Of a stretch of DNA of 64,000 nt, positions 30,257 through 39,954 are shown piece after piece; position 1 is the stretch's first letter; each line of letters starts with the position of its first letter. The notes below the pieces were generated by a model. It was given only the letters and a program-made list of their open reading frames with translations. It did no database searches and had not been told where the DNA came from. Source of the stretch: Microcoleus sp. (GTDB taxonomy: Bacteria; Cyanobacteriota; Cyanobacteriia; Cyanobacteriales; Microcoleaceae); the NCBI GenBank assembly GCA_052279835.1, contig CP181291.1:3808001-3872000 (forward strand). Reading direction: 5' to 3'. The translations under genes were made by a program, and so were the position numbers.

Positions 30257-30931
30257 ATGTTTATTCTGAAACGGCAGGATGTTGAAATCACCAATTTTCA
30301 ACACCCAAAACGGGATCAGCAAATCCCTATTCTCAATTATCAGGGGCAGACGTTCCGCCTAATCAGCGCTTTCAACGGCAAACAAGCTGAAGACGCTAGA
30401 GCCTTGTGGCGGGACTTAACCGACAACAAAGGCAAAGCCTGCGTTCTGCTGGAAGAGCCGGATAGATATAGCGTCTGGGGAAAAGTTCGTCTAGACCAGC
30501 TTGTCGCTGAAGAAGCGACAGGTAATGACGCAGCAAAACCACCCCTGTTCGCACAGGGTTGTTTACTGCTTCTCCAAGCTGTTTACTTTGATGTAGAAGA
30601 CCTCCTAGGGGCAAGGCAAGCCACATCGTTTCAGAAAGATATCGCCAAGGTATTTCAACAGGGAAACTTCCCCCAGGCAGACTCCCCTGATGCGATCAAA
30701 AATTGGCTCACCGTTAGCCCCTTAAAAGGTCTGAAGCTACCCCCTTGGCAAGAGCAGCATCTTAAGACATTGTTACAAGAGCTGCACCGCTTGGGGAAAT
30801 CATATTTTGGCAATACCGACTTTGCTGAGGGAGTGAGCGACGTGCTGGAAGATATGCCAACACAGGAGCGCAATCAGTTTATCGATTGGCTCAAAAAATC
30901 CGCCCTCAACAAATTGTGGATCGCAGGCTAA
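30257..30931 (+). CDS. Conserved cyanobacterial hypothetical protein (Npun_F0813-like)
   Basis: Starts MFILKRQDVEI; GKACVLLEEPDRYSVW; family assignment from recall. Confidence 0.75.
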   Translation: MFILKRQDVEITNFQHPKRDQQIPILNYQGQTFRLISAFNGKQAEDARALWRDLTDNKGKACVLLEEPDRYSVWGKVRLDQLVAEEATGNDAAKPPLFAQGCLLLLQAVYFDVEDLLGARQATSFQKDIAKVFQQGNFPQADSPDAIKNWLTVSPLKGLKLPPWQEQHLKTLLQELHRLGKSYFGNTDFAEGVSDVLEDMPTQERNQFIDWLKKSALNKLWIAG

Positions 30932-31320
30932 AAATTTTAGACAATTGCTTAGACAATTGGGAAATACTGAAGACCGGGATCTAAATGCGGCAAAGAATAT
31001 CGAAGGATGGTTTGCGGGAATTTTGATTCCGATTCCTTCGGAGCGAACGGCAAGCTCTGCCGAGATTGCTTGTGGAGTAGACTAAATTCTCTTGAGTCAT
31101 CTGGAGACTACGAAGCAAGAAGTAAACAGCAAGCCTGTTCAGTTAACCCTGTTAAGGATTTGCATAGGTTTTACAGAGCAGCTCAGACAATTGCAGTGTA
31201 GGCGGTACGCGATATGTAGTTGGGATTGCCAACTGGTATTTGCGACCAAATTGTTAATTCGGTTTGGCCACCACCTACTTTCTGGCAATTGAACTGCTAG
31301 TTAGGTCTTTTGGAATCCCT

Positions 31321-32385
31321 ATGAGTAGCACTTCAGAAAAGTCATCTACATCTGCATCTTTATTGTCAGCTCAGACCCTAGTCATTATAGGCATTGTCTG
31401 GGCTGTGATGGCGCTGCTGTTTTTTTTACTGTTCAGCGTTCCCCTCTCCCAAGAAGAGGGCTTGCCTCTTTGGTACTCGATCGGCACTTATGTTTTTGAA
31501 TGCGGGGCCTACCTCGGAGCAGCCATAGTTTGTTTTAGAAACTGGAAAAGTCCTCACATGGCTAGCGGACGCAACGTCTGGCTGGGCATTGGTTTGGGGA
31601 TGCTGTTCTACTTTATCGCCGGCGTGCTATTTGGCATTTGGGAGCTTTATTTTGAGGTCAGCCCGGATGTGTCCCCAGCAGATGCCTTCTATCTAGGCAG
31701 CTACGTGGTACTGATTGGCGGGATGGTGATAGCTGTTACCTCCAAACGGCTGAATCTAGAAATTTGGCAATGGGGTTTGTTATCGGCAATAGCTGCCTTG
31801 GGTATTGTGATAGCTATCTGGGTGGCAGCACCTGACTCTTGGAGAGCACAGCTAGGACTCGCACCAGCATCGACTCAGGAAGTAGTGACAGAAACTGCAC
31901 CTGACTCAACTAAGTCAACAGCGAAAGCTCCTGCTTTGAAAAACTCGTCTACGTCACAGGCTAAAGGAGCGACATCCTCTGTGGCTAAGTCGGCACCAGA
32001 GGAGACAGAAGCAGCAGAAACTAAAGCTCCGGGATGGGTGATGGCACTAGACAAGCAACTGTCACCCTATGCCTATGCCATCAATCTGTTTTACATTGTG
32101 GGGGACGTTTTTCTACTGATTATTGCCACAGCATTGCTGCTGGCATTTTGGGGAGGACGTTTTTCTCAATCTTGGCGGATGATTGCTGCTGCAACTTTTT
32201 CGCTGTACATCGCAGATATGTACTTTAAATGGCGTGATACTCAGGCTGAGGGTAGTTATCAAAGTGGCAGTTTGCTGGAAGTATTTTTTGTTTTCAGCGC
32301 CATCTTGTTCGGCATAGGAGCTGTCCTAGAACATGATATCTCAACCCGTTCTCGCCAAAGCAGGCGCAGTAGGCGGGCTGCTTAA
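31321..32385 (+). CDS. Hypothetical integral membrane protein
   Basis: About 8 TM segments with an A/T/S/K-rich loop. Confidence 0.75.
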   Translation: MSSTSEKSSTSASLLSAQTLVIIGIVWAVMALLFFLLFSVPLSQEEGLPLWYSIGTYVFECGAYLGAAIVCFRNWKSPHMASGRNVWLGIGLGMLFYFIAGVLFGIWELYFEVSPDVSPADAFYLGSYVVLIGGMVIAVTSKRLNLEIWQWGLLSAIAALGIVIAIWVAAPDSWRAQLGLAPASTQEVVTETAPDSTKSTAKAPALKNSSTSQAKGATSSVAKSAPEETEAAETKAPGWVMALDKQLSPYAYAINLFYIVGDVFLLIIATALLLAFWGGRFSQSWRMIAAATFSLYIADMYFKWRDTQAEGSYQSGSLLEVFFVFSAILFGIGAVLEHDISTRSRQSRRSRRAA

Positions 32386-32543
32386 GGATTTGATATTTGA
32401 GGATTGTTGGCAAACTTTTTGGATACAAAAGCTTTGTAGCCGTGGCCAACATTTCTCAGATTCAAATTAACCAACAACCGAAATTCAGAGTTTGTTGACC
32501 TTTAGCCTGCCCTTGAACAAGTCTTTTTGCTGGAAAACTTGGC

Positions 32544-33548
32544 ATGACGCCCACTAAACTCTCCGATTCAGATAAACGCGAAATCATCAGGCTGTACCGA
32601 CAGTCGGACGAGAATACTATCACTCTGGCAAAGCACTACGGGGTCAGCAGTTCTACAGTCAGACGCATCCTTCAGAGTGCTTTGTCTGAGCGGGAATACG
32701 AATCTTTAGTCCAGCAAAAACAAAAGCGTTTACCCGATCGCCCAATTATTTCTCAAGATACCCCAATGAAAGTGGACTCGTCCTCCTCTGTAAGTGACTC
32801 CTATCCTTTATCTCCCACTGTTGCCCCATCAATGCCCACCAATTTGAGACAGAGAATCCCACAGCCATCTTTATCAGCCTCTGAGCCAGTTGCTGACATC
32901 GGGGAGCAAGGTGCTATTTACTCAGATTTGGATGTTGCTGGCGCATCGGAAGTCAGGCACCAGAATCGTGTCGATCGCAGTGACTACGTGGATCTGACTG
33001 GGGAATTAAAGGTAATAGTGCCAGCAGAAGGACTTCTCGGAGGTGAAGATTTTAGGGATTTCGACGAGGATGAGGATGATTTAGATGAGGATGATTTAGA
33101 TGATGATTTAGATGATGATTTAGATGACTTCGACGGCGAGGATGTCGATGAGGATGACTCTCTGTTAGAAGCAAGTTTGCTGGGTTTGCGATCGTCCGAT
33201 GACTCGTTCCAGCTTCGGGGAAACACCCTGATTCAAATTTTACCTTTTAGCCTCGCGCCTCTTCCCAAAATTTGTTATTTGGTAGTCGATCGATCTGGGG
33301 AATTAATCACTAGACCCTTGAAAGCTTTTGGCGAACTGGGTCAAATTCCTCCCCAAGAATTTCGCGAGAAAACTTTGCCCGTTTTTGACAACCACCGAGT
33401 AGCTAGGCGATTTGCTACTCGCCATCAAAGAGTTTTTAAGATTCCTGATGGCATGATGCTACAAAAAACAGCACCTTATTTGCAAGCTAAGGGAATTACG
33501 AGGCTGTTAATTGACGGTCAGGTTTACTGCTTAGTTGAGCCTTTATAA
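32544..33548 (+). CDS. Hypothetical protein with N-terminal HTH and Asp-rich tract
   Basis: LAKHYGVSSSTVRRIL HTH; poly-D/E segment; C-terminal LPVFDNHRVARRF. Confidence 0.8.
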   Translation: MTPTKLSDSDKREIIRLYRQSDENTITLAKHYGVSSSTVRRILQSALSEREYESLVQQKQKRLPDRPIISQDTPMKVDSSSSVSDSYPLSPTVAPSMPTNLRQRIPQPSLSASEPVADIGEQGAIYSDLDVAGASEVRHQNRVDRSDYVDLTGELKVIVPAEGLLGGEDFRDFDEDEDDLDEDDLDDDLDDDLDDFDGEDVDEDDSLLEASLLGLRSSDDSFQLRGNTLIQILPFSLAPLPKICYLVVDRSGELITRPLKAFGELGQIPPQEFREKTLPVFDNHRVARRFATRHQRVFKIPDGMMLQKTAPYLQAKGITRLLIDGQVYCLVEPL

Positions 33549-33563
33549 TTCGATCCCAAGTTA

Positions 33564-33821
33564 TCAGATATCTTCCTCTAGTTCGGCTCTGTCAGTAACT
33601 GGTTCTGAAGCCGAAAGCATCCATAGCGGTTGGAGAATTGCACCTCCTAGGAGTCCCACACTCAGGCTGATAGCTAAGACTACTCCTACGGGCATTGGTA
33701 TGGATTGGAACAAGGTAAAGTTTAGGGATACTGGGGTGGCGTTTTGGACTGAGATAATACCCATCGCGCTGACCAAAATTGCTAGTAAAAAACTAATGGC
33801 GAGCAAAGGAATTGTTTTCAT
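33564..33821 (-). CDS. LapA/DUF1049-like small membrane protein
   Basis: TM-VQNATPVSLNF...MPVGVVL-TM pattern. Confidence 0.75.
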   Translation of the reverse strand: MKTIPLLAISFLLAILVSAMGIISVQNATPVSLNFTLFQSIPMPVGVVLAISLSVGLLGGAILQPLWMLSASEPVTDRAELEEDI

Positions 33822-34106
33822 AAAGGGGTTGACAAGTCAATGATTAACCTGCTATGCTTTTTATATAATAGAAATATGTGTTAAAATATTATTTTTGCAA
33901 ATATCCCATTATTTAATAATATACAATATAACCCGGTCAAAAGTCAAGGGAATATCCAAAATTTTGAGGATTTTTTTGTTTTTAGGATATAAAAACATTA
34001 CAATTGCCAAACCGCAACGAATCCAAAGTCTGTACTTGCTAGGGTTTTGCAATCAGGGCTGAGAGCATAAATAATTATCTGTCTATTTTCGAACTCAAAG
34101 GTGCGA

Positions 34107-34445
34107 TTAATCACGATTAAATATAGCATTAATAGCAATAAGAAAGTCAAATATTAAAAGACCGCTGGCGGCTGTAGAGCCCAGTAAAAGTATTGATGCT
34201 AACCACTGTTTTTGTAATATTTTAATAATTGTCATTCCTAAGCCAAGGACTATAGATAAAGTGCTCCAGCCTAAAAACATCCCATAAATCGATTGGGATT
34301 CTAAAATCAGGTTGATTAGTCGTGAGTGTAAAGTTTTGCCAAATATTTGAATAAAGATTGCATCGTGAAATATCGCTGTTGCCCCGAGGAAAGTAAGGAG
34401 AGATAAAGACATAAAAATAATGTCTATAATCTTGAGCTTTTTCAT
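34107..34445 (-). CDS. Hypothetical membrane protein (AT-rich)
   Basis: Three hydrophobic segments. Confidence 0.5.
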   Translation of the reverse strand: MKKLKIIDIIFMSLSLLTFLGATAIFHDAIFIQIFGKTLHSRLINLILESQSIYGMFLGWSTLSIVLGLGMTIIKILQKQWLASILLLGSTAASGLLIFDFLIAINAIFNRD

Positions 34446-34474
34446 TGATAAGTCTAGGAATTTAAAAAGAGGTT

Positions 34475-34567
34475 AGGACTTACACAATCCGACGAAAGAA
34501 ACAGGGTTTTTTTAGTATAGGACTGTTTGTAAAAAACCCCGTTTCTAGTACCCCATGCGTAAGTCCT
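34475..34567. repeat. MITE-like repeat with AGGACTTAC(G/A)CA/TGCGTAAGTCCT ends (decayed relatives ~10687-10720 and ~36266-36363)
   Basis: 12-bp terminal IR with one mismatch around AGAAAC.GGGTTT units. Confidence 0.6.
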
Positions 34568-34671
34568 CAATTAGTAAAGTGTGTAGCACACCTTGCAGCT
34601 ATAGTTATTACCTAAATCCTCTCGTTCTCAAACCGCAGGGGTAAGGGGTCTGGGTTGAAAGAAATTGAAGT

Positions 34672-36114
34672 TTAAACAGGTTCTAACTCAGAAATTACCT
34701 GTTTCATGTGAGCGGCGATTTTGGCTTCTTTTTCCACAGAATTTGTTTCCATGTAAACCCGCATCAACGGTTCAGTCCCCGAAGGTCTCAAAAGTATCCA
34801 GCCACCATCTTCAAGATAGAGTTTAATTCCGTCTTTGCGGCCGATTTCCTTGACGCCAATACCAGCTACTTCTGAGGGTGGGTTATTAGTGAAAAAGGCT
34901 AAAACGGCTGCTTTGTGGGCATCGTCTAGGTGCAAGTCGAGACGCTTGTTGTAGAGGGGGCCGTCGGCTTCGCGGATGGCTTCTTCCACTAGCTGAGAAA
35001 GGGGTTTTCCTTCGTAGGCGATCGCCTCTGCGACCAGCATATCAGCCAAAATCCCATCTTTTTCGGGGATGTGCCCCAACACGCTCAAACCGCCGGATTC
35101 TTCGCCGCCGATGAGTACCGCTGTTTCTCGCATTTTTTGGCCGATATATTTAAAACCCACGGCGGTTTCGTAGATTTTTAAACCGTACTTGGCGGCCATA
35201 TTGTCCAGCAAGTGGGTAGTGGCGACGGTACGGACGATCGCCCCTGTTAGGCCTTTATTTTTCACCAAGTGACGCGCTAGCAGCAACAGCACAGTATTTG
35301 GAGTCAATACATTGCCTAACTCGTCCACAATCCCAAAGCGATCGCTATCGCCATCTGTGGCCAAGCCCAAATCCGCGGCATCTTTCTTAACAGCTTCTAC
35401 TAACTCAACCAACTGTTCGCCCTTGGGTTCCGGCATTCCGCCGCCAAACAGCACGTCGCGGTAGGTGTGAAAACTTTCTAAATCGCAGCCGCAGTGTTCC
35501 AAAACCTCGTCTAGATAGCCACGAGAAGTCGAATAGAGGGCATCGTACTTGACTTTTAATTTAGCCGATCGAATCCGTTCTACATCGATCGAGGCATACA
35601 GAAACTTGAGATATTCGGGTTTGGGATCGAAACTTGAAATTTTATCGTTGTGGCTGCCTTTGGCTGGGGCATCAGACGCACCAGCAATATTTGCCACAAT
35701 TGTATCGGTAATTTCCGGGGTGGCCGGGCCTGCGTAGTCGGGGATGTATTTGATGCCGCAGTAAGGTGCGGGGTTGTGTGAAGCCGTGAACATCAGGGCT
35801 CCGGCGGAGTTTAAGTGCTTGGCGCTGTAGGCAATAACTGGTGTGGGGCAATCGCGATCGACCAATTTCACTGTCCACCCCAAATCTGCCAGTACCTCCG
35901 ATGCAGTGCGGGCAAACTCGTCTGCCAGAAAACGGGTATCGTATGATACTAGCACTGGGCGGTCTTTGGTGTAAGCGGTTTCGAGATAACTGGCGATCGC
36001 CCGCGTCACTTTACGCACGTTAGCAAAAGTAAAGTCATGGGCTATCAGTCCCCGCCACCCGTCTGTTCCGAACTTGATTTCCGTTGAATTGCTGCTACTG
36101 CTCATGTTCGCCAC
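34672..36114 (-). CDS. Phosphoglucomutase/phosphomannomutase
   Basis: FGTDGWRG, TASHNP, DGDSDR, GGEESGG, RPSGTEP. Confidence 0.95.
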   Translation of the reverse strand: MANMSSSSNSTEIKFGTDGWRGLIAHDFTFANVRKVTRAIASYLETAYTKDRPVLVSYDTRFLADEFARTASEVLADLGWTVKLVDRDCPTPVIAYSAKHLNSAGALMFTASHNPAPYCGIKYIPDYAGPATPEITDTIVANIAGASDAPAKGSHNDKISSFDPKPEYLKFLYASIDVERIRSAKLKVKYDALYSTSRGYLDEVLEHCGCDLESFHTYRDVLFGGGMPEPKGEQLVELVEAVKKDAADLGLATDGDSDRFGIVDELGNVLTPNTVLLLLARHLVKNKGLTGAIVRTVATTHLLDNMAAKYGLKIYETAVGFKYIGQKMRETAVLIGGEESGGLSVLGHIPEKDGILADMLVAEAIAYEGKPLSQLVEEAIREADGPLYNKRLDLHLDDAHKAAVLAFFTNNPPSEVAGIGVKEIGRKDGIKLYLEDGGWILLRPSGTEPLMRVYMETNSVEKEAKIAAHMKQVISELEPV

Positions 36115-36491
36115 TCCTTTTGATTTTATATGTAATTAATCGTACTAGAAGGCTATGCTATCGAGGCCGATCGCCCGTGTACTTTTCCTACCCAGCGAGT
36201 ACCTAGCTACTATAAGCTGCTACGCATCCTTATTTTCGATCGCCCCCTGAAGATGGCATCTTGAACAGGACTGACGCACGGCGGTGAAAAACCTGGTTAA
36301 TTCCTCAATATTTATCGAAAAAACGACTATTTTGGGAAGAAACCGGATTTTGTGCGTCCAGGACTATTTCACAAACTTGCTACTATCTCTCGATCGCATA
36401 AATCTGATTGAAATTGATAATTTAAGTTTTTCTTGATAATAGCCGAGAATCAAATAAAAAATGGGCATGGGTAATTGGTAATTGGCATTCT

Positions 36492-36884
36492 CTATTTAAA
36501 ATTCCAACCAGCAATTGCTAAACATACCCAACCGACAATATAAGCAACTCCTCCCAAGGGAGTAATTGCGCCCAGTAATTTGATGTTAGTTAGACTAAGG
36601 GCGTACAAACTGCCTGAAAAGATGACTGTACCCACAATAAAAGCCCATCCAGAAACTGCAAGAAAGGTTTGAGATGCCTCGGCACGGCTCAAGATTAATG
36701 CCACCAGTAATAAAGCCAGGGCGTGATACATTTGATAGCGGGCACCTGTCTCAAAGATTTCTAAAGAGCGATCGCTTAACTTGTCTTTTAAAGCGTGAGA
36801 GGCAAAAGCGCCACCAGCGACGGATAAACCTCCAAATAGGGCTGCGGTGGCGAGGAAGATGCGCGTTAAGATTAGTGATGACAT
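36492..36884 (-). CDS. DUF423 family membrane protein
   Basis: GAFASHAL, YQMYHALALL, FSGSLY, GAITPLGG. Confidence 0.92.
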   Translation of the reverse strand: MSSLILTRIFLATAALFGGLSVAGGAFASHALKDKLSDRSLEIFETGARYQMYHALALLLVALILSRAEASQTFLAVSGWAFIVGTVIFSGSLYALSLTNIKLLGAITPLGGVAYIVGWVCLAIAGWNFK

Positions 36885-37081
36885 AATTTAATCAAAAATT
36901 GCTGTTTATTTAATTTTAGGGTGCTGTGGGGATGGTCGATCGGGAAATCAGGTAAACCACGGAGTTTCCAGGACTAGGAGTGCTTCCAGGGGTGTTTGAG
37001 GGGCTTTTCCCCCATCATCCCAAAATTCTGGCTAAATTAAAGAAGTGTAAAAACTACTCAGGCACTACCAAGGAGATATCT

Positions 37082-38761
37082 ATGCCTCGCGTCAGAGCAC
37101 CAGAATTCCCCACGAATTACCCCTGGTTAAATACCGACAAACCCATCTCCCTCGAATCCCTCAAAGGCCGCGTCGTCATCCTTGACTTCTGGACATACTG
37201 CTGCATCAATTGCTTGCACGTCCTCCCAGACTTAAAATACCTCGAACAAAAATACCCTGATTCCCTCACGGTGATCGGCGTTCATTCTGCCAAATTTGAT
37301 AATGAAAAGGAAGTGGAAAATATCCGCCAAGCTATCCTCCGCTACGATATTGAACATCCCGTAATCGTAGACAGCGAGATGACAATTTGGCAGAATTATG
37401 CTGTGCGTGCTTGGCCGACTTTAATGGTAATCGATCCAGAAAGTTATGTCATCGGTTACGTTTCTGGTGAAGGCAATAGAGCAGCACTTGATGAGTTAGT
37501 TGGCAACTTAATTGCTGAATACAAAGAGAAAAATACCATTAACTTTGAAGCACTCAGTTTTAGCTTAGAAAAACAACGCAAACCTCTCTCCACACCTCTG
37601 GCTTTTCCTGGTAAAGTGCTGGCATTTGCAATTACGGCAACTGAGGCAAAACAGCTTCATCAACATGAGGCTCTTTTGGGAGAAATGACGGAAAATAGTG
37701 AATCTGTAGACGAAATTGTAGAACCAGGACCTGCGAATTCAGTCATACAAAGCTTAGTCGGTTCTTGCTTGTTTATTGCCGATTCAGGACACCATAGGAT
37801 TGTTGTCAGCACCATCGAAGGTGAGGTTCTGCACGTCATCGGTACTGGGAAACCGGGTTTAACTGATGGTAACTTTGAAGAAGCGGAGTTTTTTGCTCCC
37901 CAAGGAATGGCTTTTGATGCAGAAAGTCAGATTCTTTATGTTGCTGATACCGAAAATCACGCTCTCAGAACAATTGATTTTACTACTGGGCAAGTCCAAA
38001 CTATTGCTGGTAACGGTGAACAAAGTCACGAAATTGTACCGCAGAGTGGTAAGGCTTTAGAAATACAGTTGAATTCCCCTTGGGATTTGGAAAGAGTTGG
38101 ACATAGGCTGTTTATTGCAATGGCGGGCTCGCACCAAATTTGGGAAATGAATTTAGATACGGGAATTATTGGTACTTATGCGGGTAATGGGCGAGAATCC
38201 TGTGTTGATGGGAATCTGGCAGAATCTGCTTTTTCTCAGCCCAGTGGGCTGGCTACGGATCGATTGGAGTTGTTTGTGGCTGATAGCGAAATTAGTTCGA
38301 TTAGGGCGATCGGCATTGATGAAAATCCACAAGTGCGAACTGTCTGTGGTAGTGGTGACTTGTTTGGTTTTGGCGATCTAGATGGTCGCGCTGATGAGGT
38401 AAGATTGCAGCACTGTTTGGGTGTGGAATACGCTCAAAATTATCTTTGGGTGGCTGATACTTACAATCACAAAATTAAGCGGATAGACCACCGGAGCGGT
38501 ATATGCAGAACTATGATTGGAGATGGTACTCCCGGTCATGTTGATGGTCAAGGTATCAGTGTTCGCTTGTTTGAACCTTCAGGATTAAGCGCGATCGGAC
38601 CTCATTTGTTTATTGCTGATACAAATAATCATGCTATTCGTTTAGTTGAGTTAAATACTCTGGAAGTGAAAACTTTGGATTTCCCAGGTTTGTGTGCTCC
38701 TGATGTTTGTGTTCCAGATCGCGCTTTTGGCAATACCTCACTGCTTGGCAAACCGATCTAA
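37082..38761 (+). CDS. Thioredoxin-like plus NHL-repeat protein
   Basis: AGGAG RBS; DFWTYCCINC; repeated IAD(S/T)xxH NHL blades. Confidence 0.9.
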   Translation: MPRVRAPEFPTNYPWLNTDKPISLESLKGRVVILDFWTYCCINCLHVLPDLKYLEQKYPDSLTVIGVHSAKFDNEKEVENIRQAILRYDIEHPVIVDSEMTIWQNYAVRAWPTLMVIDPESYVIGYVSGEGNRAALDELVGNLIAEYKEKNTINFEALSFSLEKQRKPLSTPLAFPGKVLAFAITATEAKQLHQHEALLGEMTENSESVDEIVEPGPANSVIQSLVGSCLFIADSGHHRIVVSTIEGEVLHVIGTGKPGLTDGNFEEAEFFAPQGMAFDAESQILYVADTENHALRTIDFTTGQVQTIAGNGEQSHEIVPQSGKALEIQLNSPWDLERVGHRLFIAMAGSHQIWEMNLDTGIIGTYAGNGRESCVDGNLAESAFSQPSGLATDRLELFVADSEISSIRAIGIDENPQVRTVCGSGDLFGFGDLDGRADEVRLQHCLGVEYAQNYLWVADTYNHKIKRIDHRSGICRTMIGDGTPGHVDGQGISVRLFEPSGLSAIGPHLFIADTNNHAIRLVELNTLEVKTLDFPGLCAPDVCVPDRAFGNTSLLGKPI

Positions 38762-38850
38762 CAATCCTACTAAGTTTGTAGTGAGGAATTTATTCTGTTT
38801 TTACGGCTTTTAGCCCATCAGGAATAAAGTCCTTACTGCAAACCAGTGTG

Positions 38851-38971
38851 GGGAGCATCCCGATTTTGCATAGGCGAAGCATGACCGCAGAAAATTTATT
38901 AGTGATAACCAGAGATTTACAGCGGTCATGCTTCGCCCCTACCGATATATTTGCAAAATCGGGATGCTCCC
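38851..38971. mobile_element. 121-bp MITE, copy 1, with 8-bp TSD CCAGTGTG
   Basis: TIR GGGAGCATCCCGATTTTGCA/TGCAAAATCGGGATGCTCCC; TSD at 38843-38850 and 38972-38979. Confidence 0.9.
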
Positions 38972-39035
38972 CCAGTGTGATGATGGGCGGAGGGAATGCA
39001 GCGAAGATGATATCACTCCTGATGGGGACAAAAAT

Positions 39036-39941
39036 TTAAAATTCGGAACAACTGAGCAATCGCATAATTTTTTCCACATCATTCAACTCTCCCACAATAC
39101 GTCGGACAGGTTTTGGCCAAACTTTAATCAAAGTAGGAGTAGCAGAAATCTGATCTTTTTCGGCTTGTTCGGGATGCTTAAACACATCAATTACTTTTAA
39201 GGTATAGGGATAGTGCAGGGCTTTTTCTAACAATTGGTGTACGGTTTCGAGAGTTCGTTCGGTATTAGCATTGTTGCCTGAAATAAACAACCGCAGCACG
39301 TAGCCTTGAGTTTCTGCCTGTTCGGTAAGTGCAGTGGTTAGAGGAATCTGGGTTTGCTGTGGCTTTGGGAATCGGGAAGGAGGTGCCATGCCGGAACTGC
39401 GAAATTCCGATCGAGATTCTGCGTTCTTCCAATGTATAACTAGGTCATGATTCTCCCAAAGTTCGGGGAATTCTTTGTGATAAGTAGCGATCGCCATGGG
39501 CTCACACATTTCTTCCACACGGGGGTGCCAAACCAAATCACCAGTCTCAAAAACCGCATTTAGCAGCGTTTGGTGTCGCATCACTGGTGGGTAGGCTTCG
39601 GCAGCAATTCGCAACTGGCGATCGCGCGGATCTAACCAACAGTCAACAGTAGCGGTGTAGCAAGGCACTAAAAAATGTGGTGGTTCCGACAAACCAAGTA
39701 TGGATTGTAGGGCTACGCACAATTGCAAGTGCCACCGAGCTTGCTTGCATGAGTCTATGCAGTAGATTAAATCTCCACCAGGTGTAAAAAGTGCAATGCC
39801 TTTGAAAATTTGGGGCAAGGGTGGGCGATCGGCTTTCAATGAAGTACACCAATAAAAGTTAACAGATAGATAGATTACTGGCTGCCTCAAGGCTGCAACT
39901 AGGTTCGCTCCCCGGCTGGAAAATCCGGGGTTTGCACGCAA
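39036..39941 (-). CDS. KaiB-domain-containing protein (true start probably near 39840)
   Basis: C-terminal YVLRLFISG...LKVIDV...ATPTLIKVWPKPVRRIVG KaiB fold; unknown N-terminal domain. Confidence 0.85.
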   Translation of the reverse strand: MRANPGFSSRGANLVAALRQPVIYLSVNFYWCTSLKADRPPLPQIFKGIALFTPGGDLIYCIDSCKQARWHLQLCVALQSILGLSEPPHFLVPCYTATVDCWLDPRDRQLRIAAEAYPPVMRHQTLLNAVFETGDLVWHPRVEEMCEPMAIATYHKEFPELWENHDLVIHWKNAESRSEFRSSGMAPPSRFPKPQQTQIPLTTALTEQAETQGYVLRLFISGNNANTERTLETVHQLLEKALHYPYTLKVIDVFKHPEQAEKDQISATPTLIKVWPKPVRRIVGELNDVEKIMRLLSCSEF

Positions 39942-39954
39942 ACTGCCATAACAG

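Noticed and set aside
32544..33548. HTH protein as a transposase
   Set aside because: No DDE/HUH motif, no TIRs or TSD
38851..38971. Short ORFs overlapping the MITE copies (38848.., 44771.., 44835..)
   Set aside because: Products of the repeat sequence itself
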